DNA of 55,113 nt, counting the filler, from Catajapyx aquilonaris (Eukaryota), in the NCBI GenBank assembly GCA_000934665.2. It is 2 parts of 2 records of this genome, joined end to end, with 100 filler letters (N's around TTAATTAATTAA, not from the genome) between each part and the next. Parts side by side here need not be neighbours in the genome. Positions count along the whole stretch, not along the records: positions 27,611 to 55,113 come from JYFJ02005051.1; 1 more part is not named here. One strand, written 5' to 3'. The notes under the pieces are model-generated. The model did not search any database, was not told the origin of the DNA, and worked only from the letters and a program-made list of their open reading frames with translations. Below are positions 35,444-48,900 of this stretch, piece by piece. Numbering within the stretch: position 1 is the first letter of the stretch; every line of letters begins with the position of its first letter. The translations under genes and the position numbers were made by a program.

Positions 35444-37100
35444 CTCTCTTTCCCCCTTGAACAAATTCGAAGAGGGCGACGGACACGAACTCTCTTGCTT
35501 CCCTTCCCAGATCCCAGTTCGCAGCTGATGCAGGCTGATGAAGCAGCAGGACAAAATTCGCATCGCAGGGATCAAGAGCTGCTACTCGGCACTGGGCTCT
35601 GAGGAACAGTGCGATTCACCAAATAGCTTAAGCGATTGTCACATATATGCTCTTTTCTGCCTCTTCGTAAACTACGACATGACTACGACTGTATCAGCAT
35701 GACAGCATCAGGGCTGGGCGGTTTACGTTGCGAGTGCGTGTCTCTGAGAGCCACACGCTTCTTGTAACCTTACTGGAAATGGCCAATTTGAGAATGACTG
35801 CAATATACTGCTCTATACGACTGTTTATTTGTAATGAATAAACACCTGATAACACTTCCAAAAAATTAGCTTCACGAGAACTAAGTTATATCAAGAGCTA
35901 ATACTAACTCTTGGTTATAATTATATTCATGGCCTTAGAATACGAAGGTCGTTCTGGTCACTCCCCCTTATCGCCTGACGGGGCGATATATATTTTGCGG
36001 GAATAAGTGCTCACTTGAGAGCGCTGAACTTATAGGTAGAAGCAGCTCTTGGTAGAAGGGATGAAGAGTCTGTCAAAATTAAGAATCTCATACTCGTCGA
36101 TAAGAACTGATTACGGGGGGGTGTCCGGAGGCTGGTTATATTCAAGCAGTACAAGCTGCAGCAGTGCAACAAGGTTTTATAATACAAGAATAACCGCTGC
36201 TGTGCACAAACTGATCACGTTAAAAATTTAGCGGCGTCATTGCTGCATTTCTGCAACCTGAAGTGTGAAAAAATCAGAGAGGGTGGTCCACAAATAAAAT
36301 GAAAAAATCATATTCACACTTGAGGTCTGGTTTGTTTAATACTAATATGGCATTATCTAAAAAATAAATTCACGACATCTCTGTAAAAGCAGAAAGACTT
36401 GCAACTAAATGGCCAATAATAAATTATTCTTAATTACTATTTTTGGTAGTGCAAGATTGAAGATTTCAATTATTTTACATGTCTGGTGTATAATTATATC
36501 GATCAGGTATCCGTATAAGAGCAATCGCAGTTATATTGTGATCTGCGAATCGCTTTTAAGTCCGTACTTCCCAAAATATCGCCATGGCTCCCACAAGGAT
36601 TTAAAAAAAGTTTCCATTGACCAATAAGCACTCAGTAGGCGGGGTCCTGGCGGAGCTACTGCGAAAACCATTAACCACGTTCGAACAAGAAAGGAAACAT
36701 AAATATTTCTTGAATAATTTAAATGCATAAAATATGATTTTGATCTCCGTTATGAAAGCATCTTCAAACATTTCCTAGCTATCAGAGCCCGCACTCCTCC
36801 GTGGAGCCCGCCATGGCTGATCAACTACTCTCAATTCACCTTGTAGCCAACAGATAGCGCGCGAAAACCATACAAAAATAATGCCCACAAATTCATTTAT
36901 TACGTATTCTGAAAGTCATTGTACGTCTGTGCTATACTCTCCTAATGTTAGAATAAATACATGCCATGTAAATATTTATTTTTTGTTAGGTAGGGAGTTT
37001 ACGGGACTCCCTCCCCCTGCTGTCCGTCTCTCCGTTGCCCCCCCCCCCCCCCCCCCCCCCCCCNAACTCGTATCAATAGTTAAGATGGCGTCCCATCAGC
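35444..37100. promoter_or_regulatory. Putative divergent promoter region between COX8 and BTBD7
   Basis: The genes are head-to-head; YY1/Pho-like AAGATGGCG at 37082 and a poly-C tract at 37039-37063; TSS positions are inferred, not seen. Confidence 0.4.
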
Positions 37101-38662
37101 TTTTGTTTTTCTCTGAGATCGAGCAGAAGACAGCAACTGTAGGGCTGTGAGAGAGGAGAACGTACCTCTGCGATACTTCAATGGTGCCTGTATACACAGA
37201 TGCCCTGTTGGCGGAGAGCTGAGCTGTGGAAGGACAATGGAATGATGAGCAACCTTTCCATGTAGTTGCTCGTCGTACGTGATATTATGGCCTACTTGAT
37301 GATCAGGGAAGAACTGCATCGCCATTCAGTTGGGTACGCCTTTCATCCACTCTGAAGGCGGGCGAGTTGGTGTTGTTGGGTTGACATAGTGCCGAGGGAG
37401 TGTTGAAGTGACCATCACCAATCTCTGGGATTTGTGTTGTTGCCAGGATGTCAACCTGCCAAGTTTGTGTATGACAGTGCAATGTGTCACAGTTCTGAAA
37501 CTGGCGCTGGGTATGAATTATGTGGAAGTACAATATTAGTACAATCGTACAATCATCATATTGGGTTTTGTTTTGTGACATATGCAGAACCCCCTGGAGT
37601 GTTTACAATCAGTGTTGCAGGCACAGTAATACTACTAGGTTTTCAATGATGAAAATTTAGCTTTCATGGATAAGATGTTCACTGTGATTACTCCTCTGCC
37701 TGTAAACTTCTGCCACATGAATGTCAATGATGAAGATGACTGCAGCATGCATCATTCTCCGTTTTCTCATTACATACTTAAAGAAGCAGTCATTTCAGTT
37801 TTGTAATTGTTGGGGCTTTTTTGGAAGATTCTTTTTGAAACAATGAGTGTGACATTTCCTGCATTTCCCACTCTCCAACAAATTTTCCATAGTTTGCGTC
37901 TGTGTGACCATGACTGTACTTGTTTCAGCGAAATATTTTTTTAAAGAAGCCCTAAAAATAATGGAGCTCATAATTATAACTGTTCATTAAGTTCCGGTAA
38001 CAAGGAGTTTATGTGCTGCAACTGCTGTCCCAGTGAGCAATCACCCAGCCAGGCCCTTTAAGGCCCATTTCCAAAGAAGCTTCAGCTTGAAAAAGTGATC
38101 TCTGGAGCTCACCTTAGCCGGTGCTTCACAGGTAGCACCCTCAGACCGGTTTCGAAAGAAGCTTTGGCTTTCCAGCTCGTGCCAACTTGTGAAAGCCAAG
38201 ATGGCGATCACAACGGAGCGGAGGAGATTGCTCTTCAGGCTAAAGGTCACTCTTTTGAGGTTGCTAATCAGTCTGTCTCTCCTCGCTGCCTCCCCCTGCA
38301 TCTGCAAGGCCCTCTGCCCAAGCAGCTCCTTCCGTGACCTTTGACAGGTCATCTTTTTTTCTCTTCTCTCCTTCCTCACTATGCCCTGGCCTCCCCACCC
38401 CGCGTCATCGCCCCACTCCTAGCCACCTCCCCACCGAGATGGTCCCACGTGACCACAGGGAGCAGCGCGCTTTGGTGAGAAGGAAGCTCCAACTCGATCG
38501 CTAGCTTGAAATATTGTCGGGAGTTCGATGTTGAAGCAAGCTGATCAGGAGAGCTAAAATATCGACCCAGCGCTAGAAACGCGTGCCAGCTGGAGCTAGA
38601 GCGAGCACCAGAGCACACTTTTTCAAGCTGAAGCTTCTTTGGAAACAGGCCTTTATTCTTGA

Positions 38663-38903
38663 CTAGCTTCGGCACCCGGCGTTGCCCGGGAAGAAATGAA
38701 TGAAGGGAAAACACCTGCCATTACCCCTGTCAACTGTCTGTCTTTCTGTGTGTCCGGCCACCAATGCCATCTGTGGTCCTGCTACTCCAACACCTTCAAC
38801 CTCTCCCGGCCTGGGGGTGGAGCACAGATGGCAGGCAAATGACGGTTGGCAGGCGGACAGACAGACAGACTCACAGACTCACAAACGGCTTTATTTATAT
38901 GGA
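38663..38903 (-). mobile_element. Non-autonomous Helitron
   Basis: A|TCCATATAAATAAAG...(GTCT)n...CCCGGGCAACGCCGGG hairpin-CTAG|T. Confidence 0.8.
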
Positions 38904-39314
38904 TTGTGGAGAAGGAATGGTAGGTGCGAGGGCAGATGTGATTGGCTGGAGAGGCAAGAGTGATGGTGTTGGGTCACCCTTATTCACATGCACATGGTAA
39001 CTTCTTTATAGGAGTTTCCCATCCTTCATGCTATATCTAACACCCCTACTCCTGCCTTCCCAGCTGATCACACCAAGTCTTTCCTCCTCCAAATGGAGAA
39101 TATAATCACCTGGCCAAGGCATACCAATTCAGCACCACACTGAGTCAGCAGCAAGTGGTCAGTAATGTCAGTGTTCATATGGCAGAAATTTCCAGACATT
39201 GAACATGTGATCCATACAGGATGAAGTTCCATACACTTTCCTTTATAATGACTATAATAATGGGTAGTTTGGACCTCCTTGGAGGTATTACACAGGCCTT
39301 TATTTAATAACATA

Positions 39315-39608
39315 CATACAATACATCCATTGTTCTGCTGCAATGCCCTAGTCCAGTGCGGGCGTCAGGGGAGGGGGAGGTTCCCAAGGGAGGGCGCTGT
39401 TATAGTTTTTTAGGCTTTTAAGACCCTCTTAAATACAAGGCCTTTTCTCCTGGCCCTGGGCAGAGAAGGGAGTGCGAATCTGCCCAGACATGTCGGGTAA
39501 AAAGCGGAAAAAGACCCGACCAAGCAGAGGTGGCGGGGAAGGGATTTGAACCCCGGACCTCCTGCTTGGCTGGCCAGTAGCATAGCCACTAGATCACCAT
39601 GCCCCCCA
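39315..39608 (-). mobile_element. tRNA-derived SINE (family B)
   Basis: GGGGGGCATGGTGATCTAGTGG...GGTTCAAATCC head; CCCTTCTCTGCCCAGGGCCAGGAGAAAAGG shared with 20127-20405. Confidence 0.78.
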
Positions 39609-39826
39609 TACACTTTCCTTTATATTGCAGCTATTCCATTGCAAATATTGTGCTTGGAATAACTATATTAAAAAAAAAAAAGTAGTCAGTTCTGTGCCAC
39701 CTCTGAATGCTGCTTCTAATAATATGAAATTTCTTGATTATTATTCTTTGGGATGTCTTCCACAGGTGGTGGATGCTCTGAAGAAGGACGGAATCCTCAA
39801 TGCCACTGTCCTGAGCTTGGGTAACC

Positions 39827-39963
39827 ATGGGAGCAAATGCCTCCTCTGCAGCCAATGAGTCTCCCACAGGCCTGGGATCATCAAGATCTTCACTTGGCTA
39901 CAAGAATGAAGGGAAGAGTGTCACACCTTCGGGAACTAGTGATCAGTTGGCAGTAGTTGTCAG
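39827..39963 (+). CDS. BTBD7: BTBD7 first coding exon
   Basis: ACCATGG Kozak context; MGANAS start as recalled for vertebrate BTBD7; donor AG|gtgaat joins in frame to 41154; upstream acceptor at 39765. Confidence 0.85.
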
Positions 39964-42900
39964 GTGAATGCACAACTATCCAGGGAGATTCAGTTAGCCC
40001 CCATTAATGCAATATAATGCAGGGGGTGTTGAACAAGAAAGAAACTCTGCTTACAAAAATCCTGCTTAATTTATTTCCACTAGCAGGAAATAGTAGGTTA
40101 CTTGTGACAGTTGAAGGTAACATTTATACCTTTGTGCCTTACAGTATAACTTTTAGAAGCAAAAGGATCCCTTCTGTCCCGGATTTTGTGATGTACCACA
40201 ATAATTTTTTTGTGGCAGCTGTTCCTAATAATATCAGATGAAGTAGTAAAACTCAGTTTTTAAATATCTGCTCTCTGAGTAGTGGAAATCTTGGCTTAAA
40301 GTTAAGAATGTGCAATTTTTTTGCATTTCAAATGGCCATAGCAGTCACTAGGAACCTGCCAGAATTTCAATTTCAATTTTTATGACAATGGTAGGTGATG
40401 GCCATATTTTTAAGTTGCATATTGTTCACGTAAACTAATATTTAGTAAAATCAATGCTGGTTGAACAATGTGCCAACTTCAAAGCTTAACAAAGCTAATA
40501 AGTAGAGAGGGTATGAGTTGTACTGAAAGTCTATATGATTCATTTGCCTACAAATATTTTTTTTGCAAAGAAAAAAAATTGCGAAAATTGCTAAAATGTC
40601 GTAAAACAGCATTTTTGCCAATTTTTTCCGCGGTTGCTAATTATACATTCGCAATTATTTTATATTGAAAATTCAGACCTACGTAGGCAGTTGCTCCATT
40701 CCAAATTTGGGTTTTGTGTACTTTATAGGAAAATTTGTACACGCGTCCAAAGTTGAGAAAAAATGAACTTCGAGAAAGAGCAGATTTGGTACCCCTGCGG
40801 TTATGATTTTTTTTAGGGCAAATAAAAAATGACACTGAAAAATAGCCAGTGTCATTCTTCATCATTTCGACAGCAGTACTTCGCGTAATTTATCCGTAAT
40901 AATCGGAGACCAAGCCCTGACAACTTTTCTGGATCTGGCCTGATCTGAAATGGAATTGCCCAGGAATATTCTCCCCATGCCTGTATATCAATGGATTTAA
41001 TACATATAGATGATACCACATTGGAATATTAAAAACAATGAATGACAGAACAGCCACTTATTCTGGATTTGTTATCGATCATGCATCCTAGTCTGGAAAT
41101 ATGGAAATAAGCTAAGGCTCTTATTAATATATTATATCTGCATATACTTTCAGAGAAAAGAAGAAAAGAATGACTGGATTTGCAACCCTTCGCAAGAAGT
41201 TGATACGGAGACGGCGCACTTCTAAATCATACGATCATGCGAAGGTTCTACGTGAGTTTGTGTCTGACTGGAGTCCCCTTGAACTGAATGCCATGGTGGA
41301 GGAGTATGAGTCCCTGGCTGCATTGAAGGATCTGGTGGTACAGGCAGAGCTTGCAAGACCTCCTGCCAGCACCTACAAGCAGGACCTTTCGGACTTGTTT
41401 GACTTCAAGTACAGCACTGATGTGGACCTTGTGTTCCAAGGAGCTGTGTTTCCAGTACACAGGGCTTTACTCAGTGCGAGGTGCACCTTCTTCAGGAACC
41501 TACTTGGAAAGTGGCCAGGTTATGGTGCGCAGATTCAGGTTGATGTGCGCAACCTCAGGATTGATATACCTACGTTTTCTGCTCTTCTCAGGTATGAAAG
41601 ATTTTCTTGGATATTTTACAGAATGTGAAGGGATAATAATAAAAAATCAGAGCAGCGAAATGGACAGGATTGTAGTATCTTATAATAAGTGGGCAGACAT
41701 ATATACCATACAACAGTATATATTTTATTTGCCAGTAAAAGGGTGGGGCAAAAGTCATGGGTGGATGAAAACGACGCAGCATGGCGTAAGTAACGAACGA
41801 TTATATTTAAAAAAAATTACACTACACAGAGAAAGACATGCCATTTATGGATCAAGGTCCAAAAAAGTCACTTCTTGAAAACAACACCGGATAGATGTCC
41901 ACCTTTGCAGGCAACACATTCCTCCTAGAGCCGGAAGAAACCCTTCATAACGCGCTCCAGCATGCCCAGGGGAATGTTTCTCACAGCGTGTCTTATCTGA
42001 TCCTTAAGATCAGCCAATGACAGAGGACGTGTGGCGAACACCAAACAAATTAAAAGTCTAAGTGTTTCCCAGGCGGGTCATTTCGAGATTGGGGACATTC
42101 CATGGCCGCCCCCGACTTCTTCTTGTGCGGGTACCTGAAGAGTTTGGTGTTCGCCACACGTCCTCAGTCATTGGCTGATCTTAAGGATCAGATAAGACAC
42201 GCCGTGAGAAACATTCCCCTGGACATGCTGGAGCGCATTATGAAGGGTTTTGTCCGGCGCTTTGAGGAATGTGTTGCCGCAAAGGTGAACATCTATCCAG
42301 TGTTGTTTTCAAGAAGTGACTCTTTTGGACTTTGATCCATAAATGGCATATCTTTCTCTGTGTAGTGTAATTTTTTTAAAATATAATCGTTCGTTACTTA
42401 CGATATACTGCGTCATTTTATCCGCCCATGACTTTTGCCCCACCCTGTATATAAGACACTTTTATCCATATCTTTTATCTATATTTTGAGAAGTTTGTTC
42501 GTTCAATACAGAAATCCAGGGGAATGCATGTGCATTATCTTAAACTTGCATTCCAGGGGTTGCTGTTTGTGAAGAATTGAATGCCCCATGTTTCAATTTC
42601 TGAAAATGAACATAACTCGCACAACCGGCATAACATGTCTAATTTCACATGCCTATGCTCCATTTACACCGATACTTCCATTTACATGGATTTTCTGCCA
42701 CCCAGCTCATTGATGTATGGTACCTTTCTTTTTACACATCCTGTGGCCATAAATTCTACCCATGTGTCGACTACTCTAATACCTCGTCTCCACTAGGGAG
42801 GGATCTGGATCTACACTGATGTAGAGTACCCTTGATTCAGAACAGTCTACGAGCACTGTCTCCACTTTGATTTGGAAATGGTTACCAGATGAATGGAAGG

Positions 42901-45900
42901 AAAACTATTGAAATTAAAATTATTTTTAAAACTGTGTTTCTTTGACACATTCTTTGACACATCTTGCATTAATGAACACCAAATACTTATATCACGATTT
43001 GATAGTACCTGCCCTTCATCTGGCAACACCACCATTTATGGACATTACGGGGGGAGGGAGGCTGTTGATCCACCTCAGTCCCCTGACACTCTTACCCCAA
43101 ATCCATGTAAATCCCTGTTCAGCTACTGTGTCTCCTACTAAATGCAAAGAAGCCCGCTAGGATCGGGGCAGTCGGTGGGCCTCACACTGCCTTGAACAGC
43201 TCTACCATGGCCACCTACCATATTACTACCCCGTCACCCCCCTGAACGCAAGCAGGGGGGAATGTCCAGACTCGAGTATCATAAGACCAGGATCCACCTT
43301 GAATGTGGTCCTTGAACAGAGTCAGTGCTTGTTGCAGGACCCCCATGGGGATGATCTGGATTGCGAGCTCTAGTGGACACAAAAGTATAACGGTGGCGAC
43401 CTCACATGAGTTCTTATTGTATAGTCGGCCCAGGAAAAGAGTGCAAGGGATCTTGTGGGATTTTATAGTATAGTTGCCAGATGCAAATGGAACCCAACAT
43501 ACAAAGTACCCACGTTGAAAACAAAATTTCACACCTGACATCTGTACAATTCCTCAGGGCAAACAGAGGATGAAGTGGTGGTGGGGGTGGGGGGTTGGAG
43601 GGGGCAGAAATTTTGAAAAACCCATGTGACCGTGCAGTCTTTTCCTGGACCTACTCTACCCGCAGTCATCTTTTTACATATCCTATTAGCATAAATTCCA
43701 TGGATGCGTCAACTCCGATAACGGAGTCATGATTGGCCACCTTAGATTAGGTAATGAAAAACGTTGGCTTAATGTTTTCAATTACGACACAATGGCCCAT
43801 AGGGCTGGTTTTAACCCTTCCATTACTACCATTTGCAATTTTGCGCATGTGGGGTTTAATTATTATCTTTAAATCCCGCGCCTTGTCATTGGCCACATCT
43901 CGATGAGCCAGCGTCTTTTTTTCCCTCATGGCTAGCTGCATCAAACTCAACCTCTGGACCAGTGCTAGTTGTTGACAAGTGGCCATGGGGCAATAGTTCT
44001 AGCATTTTTTCACTACTTCCTCCAATGAATCAGCTGTAACACACCAAATTCAATGTCCAGAAATGTTATTAAGTCTATGCAAAAGTTCGTGCAGTTTTTT
44101 GGGAAAATAAAAATTCTGTAAAACTTGTGTGCAAAAGGGCATTTTTGCGGATAACGAACCAACGTTCAGACGAATTTTTCTGACTGTTATTGTGATTTGC
44201 CATGCTTGTGGAAAACATTTGGGGATTATTTTCTTTCCATCGAGTTCCACGTCGAGAGGACTGCATTTTGCCATCATTCCAACATAAATACATAATTCAA
44301 TAGCGCCAGAGGAGCGAAAACAAACGCTGTAACAAACCAACGTTTTTAGAACACAGATTTCTGCACCGGGTTACATTGCATCATAACTCTGCTAATGGGG
44401 TCCTAGCCTACATTTTGGAAACATCATAAATTCGGCCATATTTTTGGGATTTTTTTGGCGTATTCCGTTTTAAGAAATCAGTTTCAGATTCAGAACTATT
44501 AGCGTTTTTTCAGTAGGACATGGTGAAGTCACTGTGTCCTAGCGAAATGTTGACATCACGCAAAGTGAAATGAAGGCAAGAATGATGTTACCCGGCATGG
44601 TCGTAAAATGCTTCGTTGTTGTTAGCAACCGTCCTATTCCTGTTGCCAGACCCTCGCCGAACCCACCCCGCTGTGTGCAGGAGGGACTGAAGAAGCGTGA
44701 GCAAGATAGCGGCCAGGGCAGGCATTTTGTGTACCCTTCGATTGGCACGACTCTCCATTTTCCTGTACATGGGAACATTTACGAGTGTGGTGGAACACCA
44801 CACTCGTAAATGTCCGATTAATGTCTCTGTTTCTTGCCTCTTGGGCCTCTTCCTACAGCTCCCCAATGAGAATCAAAGATTTCGATACATTTTGTAGGCC
44901 TGGGTTAGCAGCAGCCTCAAAATATATATCAGGGACCCAAAAAACATTCATTCAAAACGTCTTTCTTACATGTACAGTACTTAAGCTGGTTAATGAAGAT
45001 TCTATTATTTTACGATCGTGTTTTCACGATTCTGGACTACTGTGGATGTCGCTGTCATGAGCTGGAAGCCGTCCCCAGACACCAAAAGCCTTCGGCACGC
45101 ACTGTTGAAAGTCTGAGCATCTGGTGCCAAATAACAGCAACACTGTGCAATTATAAGGTTGTCGTTGATTAGTACAGATGTTGAGCATCCGATTGGTGTG
45201 ATGAAACCCGGGATTCTACGAAACAAATAATCGCAACTTCATGTTCACTGTATCGCAAATATGCCCAACATTTTAAAATCAAAACATTGACCATCACTTT
45301 CAATAACTCTTTGCCAATGTTGGGGCAGCAGATGAATACCCTGGTGGTGAAAGCTTCTGGGCTTTGTCTCGAAGAAGTCAACCACTAGTTCCTCGGCATC
45401 AGTCAGATTGGCGAAGTGCTTGCCAGACAAGCCATATTGCATGGAACGGAACAGGTGGTAATCTGAAGGGGCAATATCTGGCGAGTACACTGGGTGCAGT
45501 AGCACCTCCCATCCAAGCTCTAGCAACGTCTTTTTTATCACTTTTGCCACATGGCGTCATGGTTGTCATTGTGAAGAATACCTTGCTTTTGGTTTGGGTG
45601 ATATTTTTTTGCGCTTCTGCTGCGGGACTTAGGCCAGTTTCCTTAGTTGTGCACTGTAGCGGTCTGCAGTCACCCTTTCACCTTGTTGCAACAGCTCATG
45701 GCAGATATGATCTTGATCAACTGAAGCCTTGGGTCGCCCTGACCTTTGCCGATCGGTGACATCAAAATCACTGTAGTGAAAGTGCTCAGACCACTTTTGA
45801 CAAATGTGTTCCGACACTATGTCCTCACCAAATGTCTTGCACAAAGGCCATTTGGCTTCTGCCACCATTTTTCCCAGGTTAAAAATCAATAGAAAACAGT

Positions 45901-48900
45901 GGCGAAAATGGGTCTTGTCGTGGTTTATCTCGAAATGAGGGCAAAACAGCGACTGATAGCGCAAACCTAAATAAATAACCCTCACTGGACGCCTTGCACA
46001 TGTTTGTTGAGTAATACTGCCAGCACAAACCAAATTCGGGTATCAAATGCTCAAGTTATTGACCACGTAAAGTCAGCTGCACGAACTTTTGCATAGACCT
46101 AATACATCCATCTTTCATAGTCATTCAATATCGGCCAATGAGTGTCAAGAAATTCCTGACCATTCATTACAATTTAGGAAGTAAATCGCGAAATTTAGAG
46201 ATTGCAACGTAACAGTCATTGCTGAAGCCTGTAACAAAGATGGCTGCCATGCCATTGCGGTTTTGCTCATTACGTACTTTGGTATGCCTTGTTTTTCACC
46301 ATAGTGCAACTAAATGATGCCAATAGTATGTTATTACCTTCAACTCCAAAACTTTTTCATGCTTAATTTTAGCGTATAGGAAGGCAATATAAGGCAGAGC
46401 TGCATGGAATTGGTCCTGAATGCAGCCAGCGTAACCCGAACCTCAGTGTCTTTTTTCACACCATATTACCATCTTATTGCTGGACATAAACATGTCAGAC
46501 TTGTGCATTGTATAGAAGAGGACTTGAGTCATGCACACAAATAGTTTTTCACTGCATATACAGGGTGTATCAGAACTCTACCGTAAGCCATGTGCCAATG
46601 GCATAAAGGGCACCAGAGCGTCATTATATGTAGAGGGGTCATCATCTCTAGGCAGCCACATTACGCAGATAATTGATCATTTGCGAAGTAGCGATTGCGC
46701 TTAAGCGTGATTGTAGAATAGCAGTGCATCTGGGGGGAACTGCATTCTAAGAGCCCTCAGTGACTACCCCAATAGCAGTGTGGCAGTAGCCCCCCAGAAA
46801 ATAGCTGCGACCTTCACCTGTGACGCGATTGCGGCTGAAGGTTTGCATACCTGCCAGGATATTTTATACCTATTGGTTGAGGTCAATTATCTCGGTCATG
46901 CGGCGGCCCAGGCCTATGATTCCGATACTGTAAATGATCATCTGCTGACCATTACGACATTGGCATATGGCTTACGGTAGAGTTCTGATACACCCTGTAT
47001 AAGCATTATTGCACTCCTGAGAGCTAGATAATGGTGCGATTTTTTTTTTAATCGCCCTTTTTCACATCAACATTTTATAACCAAAGTATTGACTTAAGAA
47101 CATCAAATATTTGTCAGCTTAAGCGTATATTGTAATGATTGCGATGGTATGTCACACATTTACATCATGACCTTGACACTCAAGATACAGTGAAAAGCAG
47201 TTTAAGCATATCGAGTATATAGATGAAGTATCTCGAATATTATTATGTGGGAGGAAAAACTGAATGGCACACAGCAGGGATTTCCACTAGTTTTTGGGAG
47301 AAAATTTGGGGGGTCGGAAAATTACGATTTTCCATTTGTAAACGTGCACAGACTGGGAGTTAATTACAGACCGATTTTTTTTTTTGGAGTCGGCGTCAGG
47401 CCGCAACAAACCACTGGCTGGCCGATGAAAGTCACTAAACGTAATTAGCGCAGTTTATGAAATGTATTTCATTCTTGGATACTCCTTCCTCTACCACCAC
47501 AACACTTCCAGGCAACCCCAGGTTACTTGCTAGTTGTAAATATTTTAAATGAGTATGCAGTCATTTCTCACCAGACTATATTGAAAGGAATAGTAATTCT
47601 ACTTGTCGATGAGCAGTTGCCAAGTGCACATCCTGTATGACTCTGCTGGTATTATTTACAAACATGTACTGAGGTTGGCCCTTGGATGTTTGTAGACACT
47701 TCAATAAATTACCCAATAATTTTTCTTTGTCATTCATTTAGGTATCTCTACACTGGTGAGCTGAGTCCTGATGATCAACCAGGCAACCTGGATGTTCTTC
47801 TCCAGCTTGGGGAAGAGTTTGGCCTTCCAAATCCCTTGGAGCAAGACCTCCGCTACCTCCTGGAGACTGGAGACTACTCAGATGCTGTCCTAGTCTTTAC
47901 ATCTGAGCAGGAGTATCAACAGTCTATGGGGCTTGGCACTGGAGGGTCCTCTAGCAGCAACAATGGGTCTGACTATGGATTCCATCAACGCACGGAAGTA
48001 CCATGCCACAAGGCCATATTGAGTGCCAGGTCACAATTTTTCCGGAACCTGATTCAACGAAGGACAAGATCTGGAGAGGAGTACACTGAGAGAGCACTCC
48101 ACATACCTGCTCGGATAGTTCTGGATGAGTCGGTTATTCCCAAGAGGTATGCCCGAGTCCTCCTGCAAGCTGTGTATTTAGATGTGGTGGATTTGGAGAG
48201 CATCCTCCATGGTAGTGGAGGGAGTAGTGGGAGTTTGGGGGAGGCCCATGCATTGGCATGTCATGGAGGAAGGACACAGATGAGCCTTACTGAGGAGGCC
48301 ATGGAGCTGTACCAGATTGGGAGGTTCTTAGAGCTGGACATTCTGGCACAAGGATGTGAGGACCTCATTGTTGAGTCACTCAACATGGAAAACATTGTGA
48401 GTGTTTGACCTGGACATGCTAATGTGAATTTAGAGAGAAATTAATCATGTATATTAATGTATTTGTAAAAGGGGCATATGCACAACAAGTTGTTTTAAAA
48501 GTTCATAACGTAATGCTTGAAGTAAGATGAGACAACCAGCAAACTGCTGTTATAAGTACACTCTATTGTCTGACATGAAGAGAGGCATAGGGTGGGTGGG
48601 AATATTGGGAAAGCATTGCGGGAAAAAAAAAAAAAAAACATTTTATACCACTTAACTGAATCAATCTCAGCTAATATTTTCAAATATCCTTAACAGATTG
48701 ATTGGTTTTGCTTTTATTTATAAGTGATCCTCATCCCTCTGCTTAAGTTTATAATAACATTTTTGTGATGTTTTAAGATATGGTATTATATTTGTTTTTG
48801 GTTATATATTTATTGGCTGAAATGTCCTCTACATGTGTGCAGGTGTGTACAGTGACTAAAGCTAATCATGTGTGAGACACTGATATTATGCCCCATCCTG

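Noticed and set aside
35444..35563. In-frame upstream ATG that would extend COX8 by 40 aa
   Set aside because: The extension does not look like a presequence; the 35443 start gives the typical size of about 69 aa.
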